From Candidatus Blackburnbacteria bacterium RIFCSPLOWO2_01_FULL_40_20 (GTDB taxonomy: Bacteria > Patescibacteriota > Microgenomatia > UBA8517 > UBA10165), in contig MHCC01000001.1 in NCBI GenBank assembly GCA_001816475.1, forward strand, positions 12,622 to 76,621: a stretch of 64,000 nt of DNA, in the 5' to 3' direction. The position numbers and the translations under genes are program-made. Under the pieces are notes generated by a model that did no database searches, was not told the origin of the DNA, and saw only the letters and a list, made by a program, of their open reading frames with translations. Below are positions 46,812 to 56,959 of the stretch, one piece after another (the stretch's first letter is position 1; each line of letters opens with the position of its first letter).

Positions 46812-47963
46812 GTGTTTCTTTTCGCACAAAATGCAAAAATTGTCTTTGTTTTTCTTTTTGTCTTCGTTGTTGGTTTAATCCAAACTACTCCAGTTTTTGC
46901 ACTTGAGGATAAAGAAAGCGGCACAAGCGGACAAATATCAACCCAAAAAGATGAAGTTTTAGAAGGAAACATAACCCAAATCCTGGAAGAAAAGCAAGTA
47001 ATTCCAATGGGTCAAACAGAATTCCAGCTCAATCAAAAACTTGAGGTTTTAGTAACAAAAGGCTCTCTAGAAAACAAAAAAATTGAGGTTCAAAGTGGAA
47101 ACTTGCCTGTTACCAATTTGCAAAAGTACAAAATTGGCGACGATGTAATCATAAACTTTAGCAAAGACTTTGAAGGAAAAGATAATTTTGTAATAACTGA
47201 TTATGTAAGGCGGAACTCTTTGGCGTTGTTGTTTGTGATTTTTGTAGCAGTAGCTGTAGTCATCGGTCGAATTCAAGGTGCAACTTCGCTTTTAGGAATG
47301 GGTATTTCATTCCTGGTGATTTTTGTATTTATTCTGCCAAGGATATCCTCGGGTGACGATCCTGTTTTAACTGCAATCATCGGCTCACTTGTTATAATCC
47401 CAACAACATTTTTCTTGTCACACGGTGTAAATAAAAAAACTGGTGTGGCAATGGCTGGAACATTTTTTGCACTTGCTGTTACAGGTTTGTTGGCTGCCGT
47501 TTTTGTTGAAGCTTCAAAACTTACCGGGTTTGGCTCTGAAGAGGCAAGTTTTTTGCAATCAATCAAACCAGGGTTTATCAACATCAAGGGTTTACTTTTG
47601 GCTGGAATGATAATTAGTGTTTTGGGAATTTTAGACGATGTCACAGTGTCTCAAGCATCCATTGTAGAACAACTTAAAAAGGCCAACCCGAAATTCAGCA
47701 CCCGAGAGCTTTATAGCAAAGCAATGGCTGTTGGAAAAGACCACATAGCCTCGGTTGTAAACACACTTGTATTGGTTTATACAGGCGCTTCCCTCCCCCT
47801 ACTGCTTTTATTTATTGATAATCCGCAACCTTTTTCTCAAGTTGTAAACTACGAAATGATTGCTGACGAGATTGTTAAAACACTTGTTGGTAGTATTGGG
47901 TTAATGTTGGCTGTCCCCATTACAACCCTAATTGCCTCAATTATGTCCGAAAGAAACGCTTAA
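46812..47963 (+). CDS. YibE/F-family membrane protein
   Basis: DYVR, LGILDDVTVSQ, GKDHIASVVNTLVLVYTG. Confidence 0.92.
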   Translation: MFLFAQNAKIVFVFLFVFVVGLIQTTPVFALEDKESGTSGQISTQKDEVLEGNITQILEEKQVIPMGQTEFQLNQKLEVLVTKGSLENKKIEVQSGNLPVTNLQKYKIGDDVIINFSKDFEGKDNFVITDYVRRNSLALLFVIFVAVAVVIGRIQGATSLLGMGISFLVIFVFILPRISSGDDPVLTAIIGSLVIIPTTFFLSHGVNKKTGVAMAGTFFALAVTGLLAAVFVEASKLTGFGSEEASFLQSIKPGFINIKGLLLAGMIISVLGILDDVTVSQASIVEQLKKANPKFSTRELYSKAMAVGKDHIASVVNTLVLVYTGASLPLLLLFIDNPQPFSQVVNYEMIADEIVKTLVGSIGLMLAVPITTLIASIMSERNA

Positions 47964-48731
47964 TTATCTGGAGCTCTTTTTGACGAAGCCTTCAAACGCT
48001 CTCAATATCTCAAGTGGGGTTACGAACACTACGGTGTTATTTTTGTCTGCTGACAATTCAGAAAGTGTTTGAAGTGTCCTTAAGTGCAAACCCCCTGTTG
48101 TTTTTGTCAATTTTTCTGCCGCTGTTGCAATGTTTTCAGCAGCCGCCTTTTCACCTTCTGCTCGAATCACAATTGCCCTTCTTTCCCGCTCAGCTTCAGC
48201 TTGGCGAGCAATAACCCTCTTCATCTCGTCAGGTAAAATAATATCTTTTAGCTCTACTGCCTCAACCTTTACTCCCCAAGGATACGTTGCTTTGTCAATT
48301 ATATGTTGTATCTTGTCTGCAACATCATTTCTTTTTGATAACAAATCATCAAGCGAGGTTTCTCCAATAACATTCCTCATTGTTGTTTGGGCAAGTTGGG
48401 AAACCGCGTAGTAAAAGTTTTCAACCTCCAAAACCGCCTTTTGTGCAACACTAATTCGGTAATAAATCACAGCATTCACCCGAGCAGAAACGTTGTCTTT
48501 TGTAATTGCCTCTTGGTCTGGCACATCAACCGCCTTAACTCTGATATCAATCCTTTGCCAGTTTTCAATAATCGGCCAAACTATTCTCCAACCAGGCACC
48601 ATCTCGTCTTTATATTTCCCAAAACGAAAACGTACCCCACGTTCAAATTGATTGACCTGTTTGATTGAGATAAGAACAATAAACAAAAAGACAATAAGTG
48701 CAATTCCTGTGAAACTAAACAAAAATTCCAT
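47964..48731 (-). CDS. SPFH/stomatin (slipin) protein
   Basis: ERGVRFRFG, ITKDNV, AQTTMR, QAEAERERRA. Confidence 0.93.
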   Translation of the reverse strand: MEFLFSFTGIALIVFLFIVLISIKQVNQFERGVRFRFGKYKDEMVPGWRIVWPIIENWQRIDIRVKAVDVPDQEAITKDNVSARVNAVIYYRISVAQKAVLEVENFYYAVSQLAQTTMRNVIGETSLDDLLSKRNDVADKIQHIIDKATYPWGVKVEAVELKDIILPDEMKRVIARQAEAERERRAIVIRAEGEKAAAENIATAAEKLTKTTGGLHLRTLQTLSELSADKNNTVVFVTPLEILRAFEGFVKKSSR

Positions 48732-48793
48732 TTGAACTGATTTTACACCAATACAGTACCTTTGTCCAAATTGTTGTGGTAAACTAAAACGGA

Positions 48794-49162
48794 ATGGCTA
48801 TTGTTAACAATATTGACCAGAAAGTAAGAGAAAATACAGACTTTCGTCAAGTGCTTGAAACAGGCGCAAATACTCAAGTAGTGATTATGAGTATTCCTCA
48901 AAATGGCGAAATTGGAGAAGAAGTCCACGCCGACAATGATCAAGTTTTGCACTTGGTCGAAGGATTGGGAAAAGTCGTTTTAAACGGAGAAGAACAGCCT
49001 TGGGAAAAAGGTGATTTAGTTTTAGTTCCAGCAGGCACAAAACACAATTTTATCAACACAGGCTCTCAAGATTTGAAAATTATCACAACGTACTCTCCCC
49101 CACACCACCCCCAAGGTACAATCCACAAAACCAAAGAAGAAGCAGAAAAAGCAAACTACTAG
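48794..49162 (+). CDS. Cupin-domain protein
   Basis: IGEEVH..NDQ, VPAGTKHN, YSPPHH. Confidence 0.92.
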   Translation: MAIVNNIDQKVRENTDFRQVLETGANTQVVIMSIPQNGEIGEEVHADNDQVLHLVEGLGKVVLNGEEQPWEKGDLVLVPAGTKHNFINTGSQDLKIITTYSPPHHPQGTIHKTKEEAEKANY

Positions 49163-49562
49163 CTTTTCTCCATTGTCCTGTAATATTGACTTTTTATCGT
49201 TAAAATGCTACATTTAGTGTCGCACCTTCAAAATTTTAACTTTTGTGGATAGTTTTTTGGGTGTTTGCAAACAATGCTCAAATAACTATCCAGCAAGGGT
49301 AGTACTTAAGATTGAAGATTTGAAATACTATGAAAATGTTTGGGGTACAACGTTGACACGAAAGAATTACTTAAACTTAATACTTAAGTTTTGCACAATA
49401 ATTTCTTCTATAATATTGATTTTTACAAACATGGCAAACTGTGCTATACTACATTAGTCAATTAATTTTGACAAGAAAAGGATTCTCCATTAACACAAAG
49501 ACACTAGTAAGTTTAACCTCTGCCTGTTTTGAAAATATTTCTATCCTTACCACTATTAATTC

Positions 49563-49808
49563 ATGAGCAATCCTTGTACACGATGTGGAAATGAACGTAT
49601 TGTTTCAAAAACCTGGCAACAGGTTATTGAATCCTACGGGAGAACCTCAACCGTTATACACACTGAGTATGTATGTATTGACTCTAAATGCCAAAAAATT
49701 GTCGAACAACAACTTGTCGCTCAAAAAGAAAAGCGTGAATCAATAGAAAACCAAAGAAAAATTGACAAGGAAAATAGAGCAAAACACGCAGCGGCTGCAA
49801 GAAGATAA
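49563..49808 (+). CDS. Small Zn-finger-like hypothetical protein
   Basis: CTRCG...C...KCQ. Confidence 0.7.
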   Translation: MSNPCTRCGNERIVSKTWQQVIESYGRTSTVIHTEYVCIDSKCQKIVEQQLVAQKEKRESIENQRKIDKENRAKHAAAARR

Positions 49809-49812
49809 CACA

Positions 49813-50091
49813 TCACTTTGTTTTAATCGGCTTAATTCCTCCGTGATTAACAACAACTGCCGGTCTTCCATGAACCAAGGCGATTCTACCAATTCTTAAG
49901 TTTTCTCCTTCTTTTTTGCAATTGGGACAATAAACATCTGTGCCGTTTGACAATCCCGAAACACCAATATAATCAATCCCTATCTCGTCAATGTAGCACT
50001 TCATCAAATTCCCAGCCTTTACCTTTCTATATTTTTCAAACAACAAGTGTCCTTTTTTACATTCAACGTCGATAATTTTTTGTTTGGCCAT
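49813..50091 (-). CDS. Zn-ribbon hypothetical protein
   Basis: CKKGH...YRK...GNLMKC...CPNC...GRPA. Confidence 0.7.
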   Translation of the reverse strand: MAKQKIIDVECKKGHLLFEKYRKVKAGNLMKCYIDEIGIDYIGVSGLSNGTDVYCPNCKKEGENLRIGRIALVHGRPAVVVNHGGIKPIKTK

Positions 50092-50095
50092 AGCA

Positions 50096-51202
50096 CTATT
50101 GAACCCTAATAGGCATGATAAGGTGGAGATATGATTCGTCTGTTGAATCTTTAAAAACTCCCGAGGCTGTTGAGCCGTTTGTTGAAAACACAATTTCACT
50201 CCCCGTGGCACTATTTAAAAACTCAAGTAAATACTTATAATTGAAAGCAGTCTCCACTTCCCCACCTTCCACCTTTGCGTCCAGTGAGGCTTCTTGACAC
50301 CCAAAACTCGGGTTTTCCGTAAATACAGTTAATTTATCCTTCTCAATCTTGAGCCGAACAACACCTGACGATTCCCGGGCAATAACCGAGGTAATCTTAA
50401 CAGCCCGCACCAAATCGTCTTTTGAAAATCGGGCGGTGATTGTTGTGCTTTTAGGAATAATCCTTTTATAATCGGGAAAATCTCCTTCTATTAAGCGTCC
50501 TGTTAAGGTTGCAGTGGATGTTGTAAAAATTAACTGTTTCTCCCCGTCAAGAACTGAGACCCCTATTTCTTCTTCCGAGTTTGAAATCAACTTCGCAACT
50601 TCTTCGATCAGCCTTGCAGGCATCAAAACAGTTTGATCCATATCTATTTTTTTATTTTTTTGAATATCCTTGCAAGAAAGTCTAAACCCGTCTGTTGAAA
50701 CCGCACGCAAGCCATCTTGATTAATTGAAAATAAAACACCACTCAAAATCGGCCGAGAGTCGTCTCTCGACGCCGAAAACACAACTTGCTTATTAATGGT
50801 ATCTAAAATCTCCTTGTTGATTGTAAAATCGATCTTTTCTGCGGTTTCTGGAACCTCTGGAAATTCACTTGCTGAAATTCCACTAAGGTTGGCTGATGAA
50901 GAGTTGGAAGTAACCGTCAATTGCCCTTTGTCTGCTTTTAGCCTTACTTTACCTGCTGGCAAGTTAGACATGAGTTCGCTAATCACTTTTGAGGGTATTG
51001 TTATTGCGCCTTCTTCTTCTATTTTTGCTCCAAGTTTATATGAAATTCCCATCTCGAGGTTTGTTGCTGCAAGTCTAAGTGTGTTTTTATCAGCTACTAT
51101 TAATATGTTGGATAAAATTGGAAGTTGTACTCGTGTTGATACAAAACGAGAAACGCTCATTAACCCTTTTAGAATGTCTTCTTGAAGTACAACAACTTCC
51201 AT
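50096..51202 (-). CDS. dnaN: DNA polymerase III beta clamp
   Basis: LPILSN, ATNLE, STDGFRL, LIEGDFPDY, IMPIR. Confidence 0.97.
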   Translation of the reverse strand: MEVVVLQEDILKGLMSVSRFVSTRVQLPILSNILIVADKNTLRLAATNLEMGISYKLGAKIEEEGAITIPSKVISELMSNLPAGKVRLKADKGQLTVTSNSSSANLSGISASEFPEVPETAEKIDFTINKEILDTINKQVVFSASRDDSRPILSGVLFSINQDGLRAVSTDGFRLSCKDIQKNKKIDMDQTVLMPARLIEEVAKLISNSEEEIGVSVLDGEKQLIFTTSTATLTGRLIEGDFPDYKRIIPKSTTITARFSKDDLVRAVKITSVIARESSGVVRLKIEKDKLTVFTENPSFGCQEASLDAKVEGGEVETAFNYKYLLEFLNSATGSEIVFSTNGSTASGVFKDSTDESYLHLIMPIRVQ

Positions 51203-51421
51203 TAGAGTGAGTATACGTTCAAATTAAAAGCAGTGCAAGCTTTGTATTTTAAGGTGTGGAAATCTTCGTTTTCTTTTAATATTAATATATTGATGTTGTT
51301 GTAGAACTGGTGGATAAGTGTAAAACATGCTTAAAAAGGTAATTTTAATGTGGAAAACAAAGCTACTATTTTTCTTGATAATTTTGTTGATTAATTTGTA
51401 CACGTTGTGGAAAAGAAAATA
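51203..51421. promoter_or_regulatory. oriC: Probable oriC (dnaA-dnaN spacer)
   Basis: DnaA-box variants at 51255, 51309, 51349 and 51406; trio-like TAC AAC AAC run and AT-rich tract next to the 51309 box; perfect TTATCCACA at 52839; plus strand appears to turn from C-rich to G-rich here. Confidence 0.75.
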
Positions 51422-52816
51422 CTAGACGGAAAGTTGTCCAGAAACTGATTGTTTTATCCCCAAAAGATCTCGCTTTAGTGCGTTATCTGTTGATATTCTT
51501 GTTGATATCTTTCCTACTGCGTGCATAACCGTTGTGTGGTCTCGTCCGCCGATCAGTCTTCCAACTTCTTGTAGTGGTAGGCCAAATTCAATTCTTAATA
51601 AGTACATTAAAATTTGTCGAGGATAAGCAACTGGTCGGACTCGGGAGTCACTTAACAGTTTTCTTCGGCTTATTGAATAGTATTCTGCAACAGCATCAAT
51701 AACTGCCTGTGGTAAAATTGCTTTTGGGTTAAGATTGGTACTTTCCCTTTTAGGAGAAGTCTTGCCTAATATTTTTTCTGTTAATTCCATGGTAATTGGT
51801 TCATTTCTTCCTTTTGCTTCAGTCATCAATCTTGTCAAAAAACCTTCTATCCTCCTTGCGTTGTCAAAATTTGCTCCGATTGTTTGAGCAATTTCCATTG
51901 GTAGTTCAATACCTCTTTCTTGTGCTTTAATAAGAGTAATTGCTGATAGAAGTTCAAAATCAGGTGGAGAAATATCAATTATTAAACCCGCTTCAAATCT
52001 ACTTCTCAATCTATCCTCAAGTTTTTCAATCTCAGTCGGTGGTCTGTCGGACGTTAAAACAACTTGTCCACCTTCTCTTAGTAGTGCGTTAAACGAGTGG
52101 AAGAACTCTTCCTGCACTTTTTCCTTACCTGCGATAAACTGAACATCGTCCAAAAGTAGCAACTTTAGTTTTCTATACCTTTTTTTGAACTCGTCAGTGT
52201 TTTTGTTTTTAATAGCCTCAACTATTTCGGTTGTAAATTCTTCACCTGTGGAGTATAGAACCTGCAATGTCGGATCAACTAATAATAGTTTATGGGCGAT
52301 GGCCAACATCAAATGAGTCTTGCCTATACCCACTCCTCCCCACAAAAACAGTGGGTTGTATGCTTTACCTAAATCTTTTGAGACAGCCTCAGCTGCCGCC
52401 CAAGCCATTTGGTTTGAAGAGGAAACTGCGAAGTTTTCAAAAGTAAATCCTGGTCTGATCCTGTGCCTCTTAAGGACGTCGTTTATATTGCTTTGCTCTT
52501 CGAAAGATTGAGAAAACAATGAGTTTTCCTGAACCTGTTTTTTTTCTGTGGCAGGATTTTGTTTTACTGTAAAAGTGATATCGTTTTTGTAACCCGTTGT
52601 TCGGTTTAGTGAGTCAAGGATTAACCCAAAATATCTTTTCTCAATAGTGTCGGCAATAAAAGAAGAAGGACATCCTATTTCAATTAATTGTCTACCGTTG
52701 TCCAGCTCTCGTGTCGAGGTAATGAAGGTTTGGGAAAGCCAAGTTGAATAGTTACCAGAAGACACAGAGACTTTTAGTGTCGATAGTACTTCTTGCCAAA
52801 TTTTATTTTTGTCCAT
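51422..52816 (-). CDS. dnaA: Replication initiator
   Basis: YNPLFLWGGVGIGKTHL, LLDDVQF, RLRSRF, GGRDHTTVMHA. Confidence 0.98.
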   Translation of the reverse strand: MDKNKIWQEVLSTLKVSVSSGNYSTWLSQTFITSTRELDNGRQLIEIGCPSSFIADTIEKRYFGLILDSLNRTTGYKNDITFTVKQNPATEKKQVQENSLFSQSFEEQSNINDVLKRHRIRPGFTFENFAVSSSNQMAWAAAEAVSKDLGKAYNPLFLWGGVGIGKTHLMLAIAHKLLLVDPTLQVLYSTGEEFTTEIVEAIKNKNTDEFKKRYRKLKLLLLDDVQFIAGKEKVQEEFFHSFNALLREGGQVVLTSDRPPTEIEKLEDRLRSRFEAGLIIDISPPDFELLSAITLIKAQERGIELPMEIAQTIGANFDNARRIEGFLTRLMTEAKGRNEPITMELTEKILGKTSPKRESTNLNPKAILPQAVIDAVAEYYSISRRKLLSDSRVRPVAYPRQILMYLLRIEFGLPLQEVGRLIGGRDHTTVMHAVGKISTRISTDNALKRDLLGIKQSVSGQLSV

Positions 52817-52996
52817 GAATGTGGCTAATCATAATGAGTTATCCACAATTGCGTCAACCCCGAAAAATGCCGAACGGTGAATTGTAAAGTTACTTGGTTA
52901 ATAAGCTACTGAGTTACTAAGATTGTGAAATACAAAATAATGATAGTTTGCAGAAAGCAGAAAAATTTAGTACACTTATACCAACAATTAACAACA

Positions 52997-53134
52997 ATGC
53001 CAAAAAGAACTTACCAGCCAAGTAAAAGAAAAAGAGTTAGAAAATATGGGTTTATGGCCAGGAATGGTAGTGCATCCGGTCGTAAAGTTTTGAAACGAAG
53101 GATTGCCAAAGGTAGAGCCAAATTGACAATCTAA
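52997..53134 (+). CDS. rpmH: 50S ribosomal protein L34
   Basis: [22 protein letters not shown]. Confidence 0.97.
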   Translation: MPKRTYQPSKRKRVRKYGFMARNGSASGRKVLKRRIAKGRAKLTI

Positions 53135-53138
53135 ATTG

Positions 53139-53477
53139 ATGCTTCGTAAAGAAAACAGGTTAACCAAGAGAGTAGATTTCCAAAAAGTCTTAAAGCAAGG
53201 AAAAATGGTTCAAGGAAGACTGTTTAGTCTTTCTTTTTTGAAATCCCCAGAAGACTTTCAACCCAAGTTTGGGATTATTGTTTCAAACAAGATTTCCAAA
53301 AGGGCTGTTGCCAGAAACAGGATAAGGAGGCTACTTCGCGAAGCAATTAGAAAAAGTTTAGTGCGCGCGCCTCGCGGATCAATATTTGTGCTTTTAACGA
53401 AAAAGAGTGCACTGGAGGCAAAAAGCAACCAAGTTGAAGATGATTTAAAATATATGTTCAGTAAATGTGGAATATGA
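53139..53477 (+). CDS. rnpA: RNase P protein
   Basis: [15 protein letters not shown] (RNR motif); synteny. Confidence 0.95.
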   Translation: MLRKENRLTKRVDFQKVLKQGKMVQGRLFSLSFLKSPEDFQPKFGIIVSNKISKRAVARNRIRRLLREAIRKSLVRAPRGSIFVLLTKKSALEAKSNQVEDDLKYMFSKCGI

Positions 53478-53728
53478 GAAAAACTTTTGCAAATCTAATA
53501 AAAATTTACCAAAACTTTTTTTCTTTTGACCGAGGCTTGGGATTCTTTTTACCGTTTGGATCAGGAAGAACAAACTCTGGAAGTGTTTGCCGATTTTACC
53601 CCACTTGCTCAGAATACACAAAGCAATCTGTTGGAAAATATGGAATAATTGTAGGATCTGTTAAAGGATTACTAAGAATCTTAAGGTGTAATCCATTGTT
53701 TATTGGAGGATTTGACCCAGTAAAATAA
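53474..53728 (+). CDS. yidD: Membrane protein insertion efficiency factor
   Basis: [22 protein letters not shown]. Confidence 0.95.
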   Translation: MRKTFANLIKIYQNFFSFDRGLGFFLPFGSGRTNSGSVCRFYPTCSEYTKQSVGKYGIIVGSVKGLLRILRCNPLFIGGFDPVK

Positions 53729-53734
53729 AATACT

Positions 53735-54556
53735 ATGAATTTTTGGGAAACACTTTTTATTCAACCATTAGTCAACGGACTCCTTGTTTTTAATGGAGTT
53801 TTTGGAAATTTGGGAGTTGCAATTATCGCGCTAACAGCTTTTATCCGAATTATTCTTCTTCCAGTTACTCTACCTTCCATGAGAGCAATGCAGAAAATGA
53901 AAGATTTGTCGCCAGAAATTGCAAAACTCAAGCAAAAACACAAAGATGATAAGGCGCGACTAATGCAAGCACAAGCTGATTTGTACAAAAGCAAAGGTGT
54001 TAATCCAGCCGCCGGATGTTTGCCGCAAATTGTTCAGCTTATTATACTTTTTGCCTTAGTTGGAGTTTTTAACCTTTTTGCAACCGGAAATCCGATCGAA
54101 AACGTAAACAAATTTGCCTACCCTGCCTTACGGTTAACAGATGGTCTAAATACTCAGTTTTTATACCTTGATCTAACAAAGCCTGATGTTTTCAGAATTC
54201 CTGAAATTCCCCTGCCAATTCCTGGCATTTTCCTAATTACAGCCGCTCTTACACAATTACTATCATCAAAAATGCTCATGCCCGCTGTTGAAGTTGAAGA
54301 AAAAGAAGCAAAAAAAACAAAAGAAAAAACAGACGACATGATGGCTTCCATGCAAAAACAAATGCTTTACCTTTTTCCCTTAATGACAATATTTATCGGA
54401 TTTCAATTTGCATCAGGTTTAGTACTTTACTGGCTTGTTTTGTCAGGATTCCAAATGATTCAACAATATGCTATTTCTGGGTGGGGAGGACTCGTTTCGT
54501 GGCGAAACGGGCTCGCCTCTTGGCTAAATAAGCTTAATCTGGTAAAATCAAACTAA
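53735..54556 (+). CDS. yidC: YidC/Oxa1 insertase
   Basis: RIILLP, GVNPAAGCLP, GLVLYW. Confidence 0.95.
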   Translation: MNFWETLFIQPLVNGLLVFNGVFGNLGVAIIALTAFIRIILLPVTLPSMRAMQKMKDLSPEIAKLKQKHKDDKARLMQAQADLYKSKGVNPAAGCLPQIVQLIILFALVGVFNLFATGNPIENVNKFAYPALRLTDGLNTQFLYLDLTKPDVFRIPEIPLPIPGIFLITAALTQLLSSKMLMPAVEVEEKEAKKTKEKTDDMMASMQKQMLYLFPLMTIFIGFQFASGLVLYWLVLSGFQMIQQYAISGWGGLVSWRNGLASWLNKLNLVKSN

Positions 54557-54557
54557 T

Positions 54558-55016
54558 ATGGCAAAAGAAGAGTTTGTAAACATTACAAAAGAAGTTGTTG
54601 AACAGCTTTTATCCTTGATGGGAATCGAGGCAAAAATTTCGGTTTCCGAGGAGGAAGAAAATATATTGGTCAATATTGAAACTGAGGACACAGGAATTTT
54701 AATTGGCAAACACGGCGAGACGCTAGAGGCTCTGCAATTCATTCTTGGTGTTGTTTTGCAAAAGCGAACTGGCGAGTGGAAAAGAGTTGCTGTTGACACA
54801 GGTGGATACCGCGACAAACAAAGTGAATCACTCCAAAGATTAGCAACGGAAACTGCCGCCAAAGTTAAAGAATCAGGACAACCCCATTCCCTTTTTGATC
54901 TTTCGCCCAATCAACGAAGAATAGTTCACACAATTTTGTCTGATGACCCCGGTGTTGTGACAGAATCTGAAGGTGAAGGTCGAGAAAGACACTTGGTGGT
55001 GAAACCTCGAGAGTAA
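54558..55016 (+). CDS. jag: Jag/KhpB KH-R3H RNA-binding protein
   Basis: LIGKHGETLEALQ, RRIVH, SEGEG. Confidence 0.92.
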   Translation: MAKEEFVNITKEVVEQLLSLMGIEAKISVSEEEENILVNIETEDTGILIGKHGETLEALQFILGVVLQKRTGEWKRVAVDTGGYRDKQSESLQRLATETAAKVKESGQPHSLFDLSPNQRRIVHTILSDDPGVVTESEGEGRERHLVVKPRE

Positions 55017-55074
55017 CCCCCTTTTCTTGCTAAAATCTAATCTTCCTCATACACTAGAGTTACCTGGAACTTAT

Positions 55075-56379
55075 ATGTTGAAAACAATTGCAAAAAACAC
55101 TTTTGCCCAGGGCGTTGGCAAAATAATAACAATTCTTCTCTCTGTTGTTTCAACCGCTTTTCTTTCAAGATACCTACAGCCAGCTGGATATGGAGACTAT
55201 ACATTTATTATGTCATTTGTTCTTTTGTTTGGAAACATTTCCGACTGGGGAACAAATATTATTGCCGTTAGGGAAGCGTCACACGACAGTAAAAAGCACC
55301 CGGTCGTTTTTGGCAGCATTGCTATTTTTCGCATACTACTTGCCATCTTTTCAATACTGCTTTTAAATATTGCCGTTCGCGTTAACTCAAATTGGGAGAG
55401 TTTGGTTTTCCCAACAACAATTGCCTCCTTCGTGTTGTTTGGTCTTTCTCTAAAAACTTCTGCATCGATTGTATTTCAAACATTGTTAAAACTGGAAAAT
55501 GGAATGATTGTTGAGATACTCTCTTCCGTAGTTTTTTTAATAGGTATTTTATTTTTAGCTTTTACCAACAAAGGAGGAATAAACGAAGCGATGGTTATTT
55601 GGGTTGGTTCAACTTTTATTGCAGCCGGTGTGGGGATGTTTTTGGCGATGCGACTCTCGCCTGTTGATTTGAAAATTAATTGGAACATTGTAAAAAATGT
55701 TATTTGGGAAGCCTTACCTACCGGCGCGTTTTTGATAGTGTTTACCATTTATAACCGAATTGACACGATTATTTTACAAAACTATCAAGGGTCCACAGCT
55801 GTTGGTATTTATGGCCTGTCTTACAAAATTCATGACAACTTGGTTTTGGGCGCTGTTTTTTTAATGAATTCTCTATTTCCCCTATACTCAAAGAAATTTT
55901 CATTGGACAGTAAAAAAGAAATAAGTAATTATTATCAAAAAACGTTTGACGTTTTGTTGCCCACAGCAATTTTTGTTTTTGTTATTACTTATCTTTTTGC
56001 GCCGGTAATGGTCAATGTTTTGGGTGGTCCGCAATATTTTCAATCAACTGAAGTATTACGAATTTTGGTTTTTGCAACTTTTATTGCTTACTTTAATCAT
56101 TTGACAGGATTTTCCTTGATTGCTTTCAGGAAACAAAAAACACTATTGGTAGTTGGACTAACTGCACTTATTTTTAATGTCCTGGCGAATTTATTGTTTG
56201 TTCCAAAGTATTCATACAACGCATCGGCTATAATCACTATTGCAACAGAGGGTCTTGTTTTGCTACTATCCAGTATTGCCATTTGGAAAACCATAGGAAT
56301 TGTTCCAACACCTTTTTCTTTTCTAAGAACAGCATCGGGGTTTTTAAAGGAAAAATTCAATGCACCAAATCCTAGTTAG
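55075..56379 (+). CDS. Wzx-type polysaccharide flippase
   Basis: IAKNT, YG.Y, DWG, RIDTIIL, VGIYG; multi-TM. Confidence 0.88.
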   Translation: MLKTIAKNTFAQGVGKIITILLSVVSTAFLSRYLQPAGYGDYTFIMSFVLLFGNISDWGTNIIAVREASHDSKKHPVVFGSIAIFRILLAIFSILLLNIAVRVNSNWESLVFPTTIASFVLFGLSLKTSASIVFQTLLKLENGMIVEILSSVVFLIGILFLAFTNKGGINEAMVIWVGSTFIAAGVGMFLAMRLSPVDLKINWNIVKNVIWEALPTGAFLIVFTIYNRIDTIILQNYQGSTAVGIYGLSYKIHDNLVLGAVFLMNSLFPLYSKKFSLDSKKEISNYYQKTFDVLLPTAIFVFVITYLFAPVMVNVLGGPQYFQSTEVLRILVFATFIAYFNHLTGFSLIAFRKQKTLLVVGLTALIFNVLANLLFVPKYSYNASAIITIATEGLVLLLSSIAIWKTIGIVPTPFSFLRTASGFLKEKFNAPNPS

Positions 56380-56399
56380 AGCTTTGAATTTAGAATATT

Positions 56400-56834
56400 A
56401 TGTATAAAATTTTTTGTGATGGTGGTAGTCGAGGAAATCCAGGACCGGCAGCTGGGGCATTTATTGTGTTTGATCAAAACGGAAAAATTGTAACAAAACA
56501 CGGAGAGTATCTTGGTGTTGCAACAAACAATGTTGCAGAATATTCTGCTGTTTTGTTGGCAATGGAATGGTTGAGAGAAAATAAAATCAACCAAGAAGTA
56601 AAATTTTTTCTTGACTCACAATTGATAACAAACCAATTAATCGGGACTTACAAAATAAAAGACACAAAACTTGCAGTGCTTGCAACCAAAGTGAAAAATA
56701 TTAAAAGAAATTTTCCGCAAAGAATTACCTATATAAACATCCCACGAGAACAAAATAAAATTGCCGATCTTTTAGTTAATGAAGTGCTTGATAAGAAAAG
56801 CCGCAGTGAAAAGTCAAACATCAAATCAATCTAA
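56400..56834 (+). CDS. rnhA: Ribonuclease HI family protein
   Basis: DGGSRGNPGPA, TNNVAEY, DSQL, REQN..AD. Confidence 0.92.
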   Translation: MYKIFCDGGSRGNPGPAAGAFIVFDQNGKIVTKHGEYLGVATNNVAEYSAVLLAMEWLRENKINQEVKFFLDSQLITNQLIGTYKIKDTKLAVLATKVKNIKRNFPQRITYINIPREQNKIADLLVNEVLDKKSRSEKSNIKSI

Positions 56835-56959
56835 TTTCACATCTTACAGCTTTTTTATAGGTTAATTACTATATTGCGGTGAAGATTTGTTTACTTCAGA
56901 CCCCCGCTTTTTGCAGTTGAAATTACGCCACAACCAAGTACAATATAATATAGGAAAAA

